From an uncultured Candidatus Saccharibacteria bacterium (lineage in GTDB: Bacteria > Patescibacteriota > Minisyncoccia > Phycocordibacterales > Phycocordibacteraceae): a DNA stretch of 64,000 nucleotides. The translations under genes were made by a program, and so were the position numbers. How positions within the stretch are numbered: position 1 is the first letter of the stretch; each line of letters starts with the position of its first letter. The notes under the pieces were generated by a model that was not told the origin of the DNA, did not search any database, and saw only the letters and a program-made list of their open reading frames with translations. Below are positions 54,940-64,000 of the stretch, piece after piece. The stretch lies in assembly GCA_964546795.1 (NCBI GenBank), contig CAZJKG010000001.1:61690-125689 (forward strand), read 5' to 3'.

Positions 54940-55524
54940 ATGGACTTCCTTCCTTCTCTCATTGGATTTCTGGAACAGTCGAAATACGTTCTTATTTTCG
55001 CTGGTTCATTTCTTGAAGGATCGGCGGTCATGATGACCACGGGGCTCCTGTGGCACATTGGCACGGTTGCATTCTGGCCTGCTTATGCCGCGCTTTTGGC
55101 CGGAGATTTCCTCGCGGATGTCATGTGGTACGTCATCGGCCACTACGGGGCCCGGTCATTTTTCGACCGCTGGGGACACTTCTTCGGCGCGACGCCGGAC
55201 GTGATTGGAAAAGTCGAACGGCGCTTCAATCACTACCACACAAAAATCTTGATCATTTCGAAACTTACCATGGGTCTCGGACTTGCCGTGCCTATCCTAA
55301 TCGTCGCCGGTATGCTACGCGTCCCGTTTATGCGTTATCTCATGATTAATGTGCTCGGCGGTATCGTATGGGTTCTTTTCCTTATGGGCATCGGGTATTA
55401 TTTCGGCGATGTCTTACAGCAGATTCCAAAAGATTTCCAGATCGCCGTGGCGATTGCGGTACCGTTCCTCTTCTTCTTCGGCCTGCGCTGGGTGAACAGG
55501 AAACTGAAAGAAGTCGATTGGTGA
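54940..55524 (+). CDS. DedA family membrane protein
   Basis: FLEG, GDFLAD.MWY.IG, AGM.RVPF.RY. Confidence 0.9.
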   Translation: MDFLPSLIGFLEQSKYVLIFAGSFLEGSAVMMTTGLLWHIGTVAFWPAYAALLAGDFLADVMWYVIGHYGARSFFDRWGHFFGATPDVIGKVERRFNHYHTKILIISKLTMGLGLAVPILIVAGMLRVPFMRYLMINVLGGIVWVLFLMGIGYYFGDVLQQIPKDFQIAVAIAVPFLFFFGLRWVNRKLKEVDW

Positions 55525-55525
55525 T

Positions 55526-56248
55526 ATGAAATTGTCGATTATTATTCCTGCGCGCGAGGAGGAGAAAGCGATCGCGAAAACGCTTATTCAGTTCAAAGAC
55601 AAACTCTTGATACACCATGAGACCATCGTATCGGATGCCCGTAGCAAAGACCACACGGTCGCGGTCGCGCGAAAGACCGCACATGTGGTCGTCGTGTTCG
55701 ACGGCGACAAGCATACGGCAGGCATCGGACGCAACGACGGCGCGAAAGTCGCGCATGGCGAATATCTCGCATTCGTCGATGCCGATATCGAGATACCCGA
55801 ACCCCACGCTTTTTTTGAACGAGCGTTCAAGCATTTCGAGAATGACTCGACCGTCGTGGGCGTCACCGGCCCCCAGCGTGCCACTCCCGCCATCGAGACG
55901 TGGGCCGACCGTCTTTCTTTCGGCTATCTTAATGCCGTCATCCGATTCCAAAATAACGTACTGCATCGCGGCGAAGCGTCGGGAAAATTCATGCTTGTGT
56001 CGCGCACTGCATTTGAAAAGATTGGTGGTTTCCGCGAGGACCTCGTGACCCGGGAAGACGGCGATTTCTTCTATCGCCTCTCAAAGATAGGCCGTACCGT
56101 CTTTGATCCTTCGCTGATGATCTATCATGGGGCCCGGCGTGCACACAAGATCGGCTGGGCGCGTCTATGGTTCATTTGGATTGTGAATACCGTCAGCGTA
56201 ACGCTCTTTGATAAGGCGGTCGCCGATGATTGGACTCCGATCCGGTGA
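55526..56248 (+). CDS. Glycosyltransferase family 2
   Basis: SIIIPAREEE, GRNDGA, FVDAD, GGF...EDGD. Confidence 0.92.
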   Translation: MKLSIIIPAREEEKAIAKTLIQFKDKLLIHHETIVSDARSKDHTVAVARKTAHVVVVFDGDKHTAGIGRNDGAKVAHGEYLAFVDADIEIPEPHAFFERAFKHFENDSTVVGVTGPQRATPAIETWADRLSFGYLNAVIRFQNNVLHRGEASGKFMLVSRTAFEKIGGFREDLVTREDGDFFYRLSKIGRTVFDPSLMIYHGARRAHKIGWARLWFIWIVNTVSVTLFDKAVADDWTPIR

Positions 56249-56336
56249 TACACTACTGATTATCATGTCTGCCCTTCCCCCGCCGGACAAGACAGCGAAA
56301 TTACGCCTTTTTCATCGTTCGCAAAGCATCCGTCGT

Positions 56337-56990
56337 CTAGGTCCGTGGATCGGATTTTGGCCATTCCATAAGATTGCTAGCCGTGAGTTCCATCCGGTCT
56401 GCATTGCGAACGTACCGCCAATTCCCTTTCGGCACAAGATAATAATGTGGTAGAACGCTCAAGGCGTCGGCTATTTCCCATACATTCTTTTCTGTTGTAA
56501 TCCACTCATGACCGAACCGGCGCATATCAAGTGGCTTGGAGTAGCATTCAAGGGTTTTCTCTCCTGTCTCACTTAAGAACCATTCGTTGAAATAGGAGAG
56601 CACAAGTTCGCGTGGTGTGCGGTACACTGGGTCGCGGAATCGGAGAACAGCATAATTCGTTTTGCTGATGGCGCCATAGCGACCGCCCCGCTTATACAGC
56701 GTGATGACATGATCCACGTCTCCCTTCCCGAGACGCGCTGAAATATTTATGATGAGCGGCGGCTCGCCCTGCATCCAGAGCGCCGTGGCGGCGAGGAGCG
56801 CGCCCTCAATGCAGTGCGCTTTCCTTTCCTTAAGAACGCGGCGCGGAGACAGGTGGGTATCTCCCTTCTTTTCCCAATTCATCGGAATGGTATCGAGGAA
56901 GTTCTGGATCTTTATCGGTGTTGTGAGACGTGCAAGCGTTTCGTACTCTTTATGTGTCAGGCCGGATTGAGCGAGTGTAAGACGCTGCAT
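56337..56990 (-). CDS. Transglutaminase-like conserved protein
   Basis: SPRRVL..RKAHCIEGA, DHV, GAISKTN, RDPVY. Confidence 0.8.
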   Translation of the reverse strand: MQRLTLAQSGLTHKEYETLARLTTPIKIQNFLDTIPMNWEKKGDTHLSPRRVLKERKAHCIEGALLAATALWMQGEPPLIINISARLGKGDVDHVITLYKRGGRYGAISKTNYAVLRFRDPVYRTPRELVLSYFNEWFLSETGEKTLECYSKPLDMRRFGHEWITTEKNVWEIADALSVLPHYYLVPKGNWRYVRNADRMELTASNLMEWPKSDPRT

Positions 56991-57009
56991 AACGGTAAGG
57001 ATACCGCAT

Positions 57010-57048
57010 AAAAATACGCGCGCCGCTTTCTGCGGCGCGCGTATTTTT
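57010..57048. terminator. Hairpin terminator
   Basis: AAAAATACGCGCGCCGC-tttct-GCGGCGCGCGTATTTTT. Confidence 0.75.
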
Positions 57049-57057
57049 CTACACCAG

Positions 57058-57624
57058 TTACTTGAGAGCGAGATCGCCAGCACCGACAACTATTTTTGCA
57101 AGCTCGGCTTGCGTTCTCGGAATCTGCTGCGAATGTGTAAGGTCGATATGTCCCACGACACGGATGGTAACACCGTTGCAGATTCCAAGTACCATACCTG
57201 CATTCTTCACTTTGCCGTTCTTCAGAGTATAATTTGATTTCGTGCTGAAAAGAATATCAATGCGGTCGGTATACCGCGGATTCATCGCATCCGCGATAAC
57301 GCGATAACCGATAATAGGCGCGACGATATCGTACCCGCAGGCCTCTTTTGAAGCGTCCGTCGCGTCAATCTCAATAATGGTGCCGAACGGCAACTCGTCG
57401 GCGAGATCGCGCGAACGCGCTGCGACAATCTCGGGATTGGAGTATACACCGGAAGCGGTCACGAGAGGATCGTTATCGGTCTGTGCCTTCACAGCGTTAT
57501 AGGCGGTCAGCGTTACCGTATGGCTCGGAACCATAGGTGTTAGTGGTGCCACCGCATGTGCGGGTAGCGCGCCTAGAGCGCCAGACAAAAAGAAAAGGCC
57601 CATAAGGGCTCCTAATGTAGTCAT
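57058..57624 (-). CDS. Secreted 3D-domain (lytic transglycosylase-like) protein
   Basis: Signal peptide; TAYN...QTD.DP..TASG, LPFGT, D.MN.R...RIDI. Confidence 0.85.
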   Translation of the reverse strand: MTTLGALMGLFFLSGALGALPAHAVAPLTPMVPSHTVTLTAYNAVKAQTDNDPLVTASGVYSNPEIVAARSRDLADELPFGTIIEIDATDASKEACGYDIVAPIIGYRVIADAMNPRYTDRIDILFSTKSNYTLKNGKVKNAGMVLGICNGVTIRVVGHIDLTHSQQIPRTQAELAKIVVGAGDLALK

Positions 57625-57669
57625 GTGATGTGGTTACCGAGACAGTAAGTAACTACCTCGTTAGGACGC

Positions 57670-57698
57670 ATCCTAGCATGTTGACAATATATTGTCAA
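57670..57698 (-). promoter_or_regulatory. Promoter overlapped by a perfect 18-bp palindrome (candidate operator)
   Basis: TTGACA-17-TAGGAT on minus; TTGACAATATATTGTCAA at 57681-57698. Confidence 0.55.
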
Positions 57699-57772
57699 TA
57701 GCGTCTAGTGCGCAGTATATAAATTGAAACCCGGCTGCGTTCGTGCAGCCGGGGGTTCAGGGTTGTAGGATT

Positions 57773-58831
57773 TCATCGGATATCACCGCTTTCGGAGAGC
57801 ATCTGCAAGAGATTCAGTGGAGGAATGGTGGGTGAGAATTCCGTCTTGCGATTAAGCGCTCCGAAATACAGCGGCAAATAGGGCCGACAATCATCAGGAC
57901 CGAATACGACGACGTGGATTTTGCCGTCTTCTTTGTCCCTGAATTGCTCCAGTGTTCGGACATCTTTATGCTTCCGGAGAAAACTGAAAGCGCCAGCGAT
58001 ACCGAGACCGAAGCTTGGACCCAAGTGAGGCGTGACATGCGACCATGTCAAGAAACTGAGATAGAACGCCGCATGGCGTGTGCCGAACTGAAGGTCTTTT
58101 TTTTGAAAGAATTTCTCCCAAGGTTGCCGAATGTCTTTTCTGACACTGCTCAAAGTACGGACCCCGGGGACTTCTTGCCCTTCGGCGCACAACACTGGAA
58201 CGACCACGGTACGAAGGCCTCTATCGCGTGCATATTTGGCGAGACCGATACACGTCCCCATAGTACCGGCAGGTAGTGCGAGGATGGATATTTGTTTCGC
58301 TTGCCCAAACAGTTGCGGAGCAAGATGGCAGTAATGTGCCTTCCAATTCCATTCCCCATCGTACTGACACGGATTGTACCAGCCGTCTTTAGCACCGAGC
58401 CGACGAGCATACGCGACTGTGGTTTCGTCAGTGTCGGAAATCAAATGCAGCCCAGTGCGACGCCCAAGAACCCGTATCGCATCGATTTTGTCATGCGGAA
58501 CATCGATGGACATGGCCGCTACGAAACGCACACCGAGTGCGTTGCACACAGTGCTCATAGCATTGCCTGTGTTGCCGCTCGTCGCTTCAATAACGGTCGT
58601 CTTGGGACCAATGAGACCTTTCTTGATACCGTCCATGATACCTTCCCGAGCCATAACCCACTTGCTGTGGGGGGTCTCTCCGGGAACAGCAGCAGCCCTA
58701 AAGACAACACCGTCACTCGCGAATGGATTGAGTTCCGACGGAAGTTCTGCAGAAACGCGTACCAGCCGTAAGCGCGAAGGGTCTGTTTCTTTCCAAAAGG
58801 GATGATTAAGCAGTTCTTGGTTCGCTTTCAC
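57773..58831 (-). CDS. PLP-dependent cysteine synthase family (fold type II) enzyme, divergent
   Basis: IEATSGNTG, NPCQY, AGTMGT; GTG start with AGGAGG SD. Confidence 0.8.
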   Translation of the reverse strand: MKANQELLNHPFWKETDPSRLRLVRVSAELPSELNPFASDGVVFRAAAVPGETPHSKWVMAREGIMDGIKKGLIGPKTTVIEATSGNTGNAMSTVCNALGVRFVAAMSIDVPHDKIDAIRVLGRRTGLHLISDTDETTVAYARRLGAKDGWYNPCQYDGEWNWKAHYCHLAPQLFGQAKQISILALPAGTMGTCIGLAKYARDRGLRTVVVPVLCAEGQEVPGVRTLSSVRKDIRQPWEKFFQKKDLQFGTRHAAFYLSFLTWSHVTPHLGPSFGLGIAGAFSFLRKHKDVRTLEQFRDKEDGKIHVVVFGPDDCRPYLPLYFGALNRKTEFSPTIPPLNLLQMLSESGDIR

Positions 58832-59019
58832 TTTTTGCCTCCTTTCAGAGCGTAGGGGTTAGATAAACAAATTGCTCGCCCGTTAAAAGAGCTTCCGGCC
58901 AGAGTGTACTCCCATTTACTGGTTTCAGCCAGATTGGAACGGCTGTTCTCTCTCTTTTGACCCAAATACGCTATACTGCACAAGCATTACACTTATTCAT
59001 CATTATTTTTAGTATTACT

Positions 59020-59340
59020 ATGGCATTTGGATTCGGTTCTCTGTTCAAAAAACAGGATGTCGCACCGGCACAAGATATGCGTCAGGAATATACACAAATG
59101 AAGGAGCAGACCGGACTCAGTATCTCCTATGCACAACGCTCTGACGGATCCATCATTGTTTCGGCCATCTCAGCCGATGCTCCGGCCATCGAGGCGATTT
59201 TCCCTGGCACTGCCACTGATGAGGCACATATCCTGTATACATTGTCAGGTGAATTATTGCGCTCTCGTGCCGCTCTTGGTCAAGAGCATGTGGTAATTCG
59301 CAACACAGTTGAGGGATTATTTGCCTCTTATCGCCGATAA
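59020..59340 (+). CDS. Hypothetical protein
   Basis: ORF directly upstream of the ligase; no recognised motif. Confidence 0.6.
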   Translation: MAFGFGSLFKKQDVAPAQDMRQEYTQMKEQTGLSISYAQRSDGSIIVSAISADAPAIEAIFPGTATDEAHILYTLSGELLRSRAALGQEHVVIRNTVEGLFASYRR

Positions 59341-59353
59341 TCGATTCGATAAT

Positions 59354-60109
59354 ATGAACACTCCATCCACAAACTCTGCTCAGGGAGAATTTGTCGCTAA
59401 TCCTGGCAAGAAACTCATGATTGATGTTGATGGCACTACGTATCTGCGCCTACCAATCAAGACACGACTCATTACGACTAAAGATACCGATATTCTCTCG
59501 CTTCTTGATGAGTATGCACGGCCCCATCTTGTACTAGGCGACCTTATCTTCATCAGCGAGAAAGCTCTCACGGTAACACAGGGTCGTATTATTAACATGA
59601 GCAATATCAAGACGACGCCATTCGCACGTCTTTTGGCACGTAACGTAGGCAATCGCTACGGCACGAACGATTTCCGCGGCTTTGGGCATGGGACGGATAT
59701 GGCAATGCAACTCTTCCTCGAAGAGGCGGGGTATCTGCGCGTTATATTTGCAGCAGCGGTTTCCGCTCTTACGCGGCCGCTCGGCATTCACGGTCTCTTC
59801 TATCAGATTTGTGGCAAGCGGGCGAAGTCAATTGACTGTCCTATGTCGTTCCTGATCCTTGAATACGCACACTTCGCTAAGCTCGCCCCAAACGACCCAG
59901 ACGGCGCTGCCCGATTGGTCAAGGAACGTTTTGGTCACGAAGCAATTATCCTTGATGCCAACTATCGTGGTGCATTCTCGCTTGGGAAATCAACGTATGC
60001 GATCTCGGAGAAATTTATTCAGAAGCTTTTTAAGGACAATCCTCTTGGTCAGTCCGACGAAATGACGCCTTTCTGTATCGTCCGAAAGGCCGAATTCATG
60101 CATCCTTGA
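59354..60109 (+). CDS. Coenzyme F420-0:gamma-glutamyl ligase (CofE)-like protein
   Basis: PIKTRLI, GD..FISEK....QGR, IDC, P.DPD, DNPLGQSDEMTP. Confidence 0.8.
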   Translation: MNTPSTNSAQGEFVANPGKKLMIDVDGTTYLRLPIKTRLITTKDTDILSLLDEYARPHLVLGDLIFISEKALTVTQGRIINMSNIKTTPFARLLARNVGNRYGTNDFRGFGHGTDMAMQLFLEEAGYLRVIFAAAVSALTRPLGIHGLFYQICGKRAKSIDCPMSFLILEYAHFAKLAPNDPDGAARLVKERFGHEAIILDANYRGAFSLGKSTYAISEKFIQKLFKDNPLGQSDEMTPFCIVRKAEFMHP

Positions 60110-60156
60110 TAATAAGACATATTGTCTGTCTGTCGGCGAAAGGATTCTGAGATAGA

Positions 60157-60528
60157 TTAAGGACGCCACCCTTTCTTAATTTTCGTGATTTTATTCTTTT
60201 CGCTCATAAAGATGACGGTCGGACTCATTTTTTCCGCCTCCTTCGCATCAACCCATGCTTCGCCGAGAATAATGACTTTGTCGCCCTTCTGGAAGAACCG
60301 TGCTGGCGGGCCGTTGAGGATGATGTCGCCCCTCCCCTTCTTCCCTTTTACGATATAGGTACGCCAGAGGACAGCGTTACTGACATTCGTTATCTGCACC
60401 ATCTGCCCCGGTAGAAGCCCGGCCGCTTCAAGCAGTGTTTCATCTATCGTGATGGAACCGAGATAATTAAGGTCGGCGTCGGTGACGGTCGCCCGATGCA
60501 GCTTTGCGATACAGACATTTATTAGCAT
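60157..60528 (-). CDS. panD: Aspartate 1-decarboxylase proenzyme
   Basis: KLHRATVTDADLNYLG/SITID, TY, I.LNG, GDKVII. Confidence 0.93.
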   Translation of the reverse strand: MLINVCIAKLHRATVTDADLNYLGSITIDETLLEAAGLLPGQMVQITNVSNAVLWRTYIVKGKKGRGDIILNGPPARFFQKGDKVIILGEAWVDAKEAEKMSPTVIFMSEKNKITKIKKGWRP

Positions 60529-60576
60529 ACGGCGAATATATCACGCCTCGATGCGGCGCGCGAGCATTGAATACTT

Positions 60577-62247
60577 TCAATCTGAGCGCATGAGCCGCAC
60601 GAGGCGGATCGTTTCAAAGGAATATCGGCCTCCGAGCGCATGGAAGACGGGTGAGAGGCGATCATCGTTTGTGGCTCTAAGCGCTTCATGAATCTCATCG
60701 GTCGTATCAATCGGGAGCAGGTGTGCGAAATCAGCTCGAACAAGCTTCCCTATCTCCGAGAGTTCTTCCAGATGCTTCACGATGGTCGAAATTGCGAGCG
60801 CGCGCGACTTAGCGACCTCGTGGAGCGTCTTTCCGTCGCGCGCCGCGGCAAGCGTCTCCGCTAGCCGTCCGGGCAAACCTGTAGCATTTAGTTTTGCATT
60901 TCGTTTTTCGGATTTCGCATGTACATCAAACCACGCGCCGCCCATCGCTTTTACGAACTTCTTTTGCATATCGGTCATTTCCGTTATGGGCAGTGTCGCA
61001 AACGCTTCGCGCGCCGCCTCAGAGGCGGCGCGAAAATCCCTATCCTTCTCCAAAATATCTGGATGCACCTCAAGTGCGCGCGCATTCAAACCGGTGAGAT
61101 AGACACCAGAGAGCCGCCGCACTCGAGAAAGCGCGACATATCCCTGTCCATATTCAAACGCTTTTGAGAGGTCTATGATGGCAGCGTCCATGCTCATCCC
61201 CTGGCTTTTGTGCACCGTCATCGCGTAGGCGAGCCGCAACGGTATCTGGGAAACGCTTGCGCGCACTTTCCCCTGTTCCTCCAGCTGCCACTCCATCGGC
61301 TCAGTGGTTATCCTGGGGCCGTTTTTTGTTTTGACGATCGGCGTCCCATCTGCGCCCCAGCCGCTCACGATACCGAGCGTGCCATTGACGAATTTCCCTT
61401 GCGGCGAATTCTTGGTGAACATTACCGCCGCGCCCTCTTTCAATTCCAATGTCTCTGGGGAAAGACATCCGCGTTTAAGCCACTCCACCAACGAATCCTT
61501 CCCAGATGAGCTCATGTGGAACTTCTTTGCCACGCTAGAGAGTTTTGAGAGCTCAGCGGTATTGATGCGGTCCACATCGGCGTTGTGTGAGAAGAGCTTC
61601 GGCGCGTCCAAAGGGAGCTCGGAAGCATCTTTGTGGCGCGTCATAAGCTCTTCGTAATGGAGTTGTTCCACCTGGCCCGCGCGTATCGCCGAGAGCACCC
61701 CGAGAAATTCGGTGTCGTCCTGCCGGTACTGTTCGGTGAGGTAGCAAGTAAACAGGTTCAAGTCGCGCCACACGGCTGATGTATAGGCGAATGAAACCTC
61801 GCGAGCGCGGGAGACCGGCGGCAGCTGAAAGAAATCGCCCACGAGGATGACTGTGAGCCCACCGAATGGCTTATCAACACGCCGCACCTCGCGACAAATG
61901 GCGTCCGCCATCTCGAATGTCGCCGCCGAAAGCATTGAGATTTCTTCTATGATAAGCACTTTTGCTTTCTGTATCCGCCGCGCAATATGTTCCTTGCTTG
62001 CGATGCGGTCCACGTCGGCGCGTGAAAGCGATTCTGCAATACCTATGCCGCTCCAGGAATGGAGCGTCATGCCGGCAACATGCGTCGCTGCGATACCGGT
62101 TGCCGCAGTTACCGATGGCTCAATACCAGACGCGCGCAGCCACTCAATAAATGCATTTACCGTATGCGTCTTGCCGCTCCCGGGCTCGCCGGTAAGAAAT
62201 ACATTCGCACCTGTCTTCAATATCGTAAGCGCCTCGCCTTGGGTCAT
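60577..62247 (-). CDS. Pif1-family SF1B helicase with C-terminal HTH domain
   Basis: FLTGEPGSGKT, EEISM, GDFFQLPPV, QYRQ, AYAMTVHKSQG, YVALSR. Confidence 0.93.
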   Translation of the reverse strand: MTQGEALTILKTGANVFLTGEPGSGKTHTVNAFIEWLRASGIEPSVTAATGIAATHVAGMTLHSWSGIGIAESLSRADVDRIASKEHIARRIQKAKVLIIEEISMLSAATFEMADAICREVRRVDKPFGGLTVILVGDFFQLPPVSRAREVSFAYTSAVWRDLNLFTCYLTEQYRQDDTEFLGVLSAIRAGQVEQLHYEELMTRHKDASELPLDAPKLFSHNADVDRINTAELSKLSSVAKKFHMSSSGKDSLVEWLKRGCLSPETLELKEGAAVMFTKNSPQGKFVNGTLGIVSGWGADGTPIVKTKNGPRITTEPMEWQLEEQGKVRASVSQIPLRLAYAMTVHKSQGMSMDAAIIDLSKAFEYGQGYVALSRVRRLSGVYLTGLNARALEVHPDILEKDRDFRAASEAAREAFATLPITEMTDMQKKFVKAMGGAWFDVHAKSEKRNAKLNATGLPGRLAETLAAARDGKTLHEVAKSRALAISTIVKHLEELSEIGKLVRADFAHLLPIDTTDEIHEALRATNDDRLSPVFHALGGRYSFETIRLVRLMRSD

Positions 62248-62265
62248 GAGAGCGATTATACCTTC

Positions 62266-62673
62266 TCAATAATCAATATGGTATTTCAGAGCGAGTTTTC
62301 TCATATTCTCTGCGACAGACCATTCTCCTTCTGCATCAAAGAGATCGGATTTTTCTAATGGTCCACTGCCGATGATAATGTGGTAGAGGCGATGGCGTGT
62401 TGCCTCGGTAAGACCAAAATGTTCAACAAATGACTTTCGAAATAAATCAAATTCGCCGAAAAGAGGACCGTGAGTAAGTAAATCCTTGTATGCCGCCTTA
62501 TATACTGCACGTACTAATCGCACAATAGGTCCACGTTCTGGGTCGGCTTTGTCCTTCTCTACAAGTTTAAAACCAGCATCATTTTGTTCCCGTTCTAGCT
62601 CTCGCTCCCGACGAATCTTCTCTTCTTCCGATTCTGTCGGTTTTTCCTCGTTTATTGGCGGTTGTTCACTCAT
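62266..62673 (-). CDS. Hypothetical protein
   Basis: ATG 6 nt after TGaTACACT; acidic N-terminus. Confidence 0.65.
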   Translation of the reverse strand: MSEQPPINEEKPTESEEEKIRRERELEREQNDAGFKLVEKDKADPERGPIVRLVRAVYKAAYKDLLTHGPLFGEFDLFRKSFVEHFGLTEATRHRLYHIIIGSGPLEKSDLFDAEGEWSVAENMRKLALKYHIDY

Positions 62674-62718
62674 AACTTCAGTGTATCATTTGCAACCTCT
62701 TCGTGTGCACTGCACATT

Positions 62719-63345
62719 TCAAACCGTTTTTGCAAGGAGCGCAATGACCTCCGCATCCGTCACCTGTGGAAACTTCTCATAATAAGCCCCGACGGCCCCT
62801 TGATACTCTTCCTCGTTCGTAAGCACAATGACCTCATCCGCTTCCCGCCGGAGCATGGCGGTAACATCCGCTCCCGCGCAAGGGACCGCGACGACCACCT
62901 TCGCTGGTTTCTCCTTGCGAAGCGATGCGAGCGCGGCGCGGATGGTGAGTCCGGTCGCGATACCGTCATCAACGAGAATAGCGGTCTTGCCCGCAGGCGA
63001 TATGCGCGAGCGTCCGGTGAGATACGCTGCGCGCCGGCGCTTCGCTTCCTGACGCTCGCGCTCCACCGCCTCGGCAAGCCATACCTTATCCAGAAACCCT
63101 AACTCTGCTTCATCGCAGATGAGCGGGCCGTCCTCGGTCACCGCGCAAACCGCATATTCGGGATTATGCGGGTGTCCTATCTTCCGCGCTATCGCAAGAT
63201 CAAGCGGAGCGCCAAGAGCTGTCGCGACCTCGTATCCGAGAACAACGCCTCCGCGCGGCAGCGCGTAAACGACTGCGTCTGCTGCGCGATACTTCGCGAG
63301 CGCTTGCGCAAGCTGTCTGCCCGCATCAATGCGGTCTGCGAACAC
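62719..63345 (-). CDS. Phosphoribosyltransferase family protein
   Basis: F.DR.DAG..LA, ALPRGGV, LVDDGIATG, AVGAYY..F.QV.D.EV. Confidence 0.93.
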   Translation of the reverse strand: MFADRIDAGRQLAQALAKYRAADAVVYALPRGGVVLGYEVATALGAPLDLAIARKIGHPHNPEYAVCAVTEDGPLICDEAELGFLDKVWLAEAVERERQEAKRRRAAYLTGRSRISPAGKTAILVDDGIATGLTIRAALASLRKEKPAKVVVAVPCAGADVTAMLRREADEVIVLTNEEEYQGAVGAYYEKFPQVTDAEVIALLAKTV

Positions 63346-63354
63346 GATACGGTA

Positions 63355-63624
63355 TTAGACGCGATGCATCCGGTTCCAAAGAAGCGCGAAGACGTAACCG
63401 ACAATGCATCCGATAATCGACGTGACGACGATGAGCGTGATGGCCGCAGAGATATCAAACTCTTTGATGACAACTGGTGCGCTAACCATATGCGCCCATA
63501 AGCTGAAGTTAACAAGCGTTTGAGCCCATCCGAGGGCGACAAAGATTGACCAGACAAGATGCAGTCCGCCCACGGTCTTGCCGACGGCGAGTCCGGTCTT
63601 GGCAGGATCAATGTAATGATTCAT
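63355..63624 (-). CDS. Small conserved membrane protein
   Basis: KTGL..G....LHLVWS..VALGWAQ...HM, C-terminal TM. Confidence 0.75.
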   Translation of the reverse strand: MNHYIDPAKTGLAVGKTVGGLHLVWSIFVALGWAQTLVNFSLWAHMVSAPVVIKEFDISAAITLIVVTSIIGCIVGYVFALLWNRMHRV

Positions 63625-63708
63625 GAGGATATATATTACTCGGTTAATGCGGTAATGATACCGCTTTTCCATCGAGCGCAATGATGACTGGTGCGTAACC
63701 CACCGAAC

Positions 63709-63752
63709 CACTATCCACAATACAATGCGGTCGCATTGTATTGTGGATAGTG
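63709..63752. repeat. Palindrome family B, copy 2
   Basis: CACTATCCACAATACAATGCG-gt-CGCATTGTATTGTGGATAGTG, perfect 21-bp arms. Confidence 0.85.
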
Positions 63753-63759
63753 TCGACAA

Positions 63760-64000
63760 TTAGCGGATACCAGTGTCGCAAGAAATGTTTGTCGTAACGT
63801 AGCCGCCTACGGCTATCGTGACATCCGCTCCCGCGCAGCGCGGGAGCGTTTTGTCGCCTCCGGCAGTGAGTGTGTATGAGCCGGGTGGAAGTGAGAATGT
63901 AAACGCGCCGCTCGCATCTGAATTCCCGATTGCAAACGGCACTTTAGCGCCGGCCCGATACACTAATACAGCCGTTGCATACGGTTTGTCGGCACACTGT
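63760..64000 (-). CDS. 3' end of an exported protein with carboxypeptidase-regulatory-like beta domain (truncated by window edge)
   Basis: SDASGAFTFSLPPGSY...LPRC...CDTGIR. Confidence 0.7.
   Translation of the reverse strand, partial: QCADKPYATAVLVYRAGAKVPFAIGNSDASGAFTFSLPPGSYTLTAGGDKTLPRCAGADVTIAVGGYVTTNISCDTGIR

Noticed and set aside
1-64000. CRISPR array, rRNA genes, IS transposases, reverse transcriptase
   Set aside because: No regularly spaced direct repeats, rRNA signatures, or transposase/RT motifs were seen.
1-64000. Alternative genetic code (TGA recoded)
   Set aside because: Conserved genes (corA, cysS, murF, ftsI) end at TGA at the expected lengths and none shows in-frame TGA breaks.

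Overview
This 64-kb window looks like chromosomal DNA from a reduced-genome bacterium, most likely Patescibacteria/CPR (Parcubacteria-like). That assignment is inferred from the class I LysRS, short ProRS, two MreB paralogs, minimal dcw cluster, CCA-less tRNAs and pervasive leaderless genes. It uses the standard code (TGA is a stop). Most genes are housekeeping: translation, replication/repair and cell wall. Accessory genes include hicBA, amtB-glnA, an alternative-oxidase-like protein, panD, speD, an adenylate cyclase and a def-fmt fusion. The most unusual signals are non-coding. (1) A tRNA-Asn(GTT) is split inside its anticodon (35/36) by a 221-nt ORF-less group I intron. (2) Both tRNA genes are preceded by a duplicated 5' tRNA fragment whose D-arm is disrupted by a GC-rich palindrome; at tRNA-Glu a small GIY-YIG nuclease lies between the broken copy and the intact gene. 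(3) Related 16-35 bp palindromes sit in frame inside many housekeeping genes (RmuC, RsmH, a kinase, Def/Fmt, RseP, DEAD helicase, DUF167). (4) Several 60-170 bp intergenic fold-back elements have locus-specific terminal stems, including a three-copy family with compensatory base changes. Together these suggest a candidate small-palindrome mobile system possibly linked to the GIY-YIG nuclease. That link is inference and needs genome-wide testing. All calls were made by eye, without database searches.
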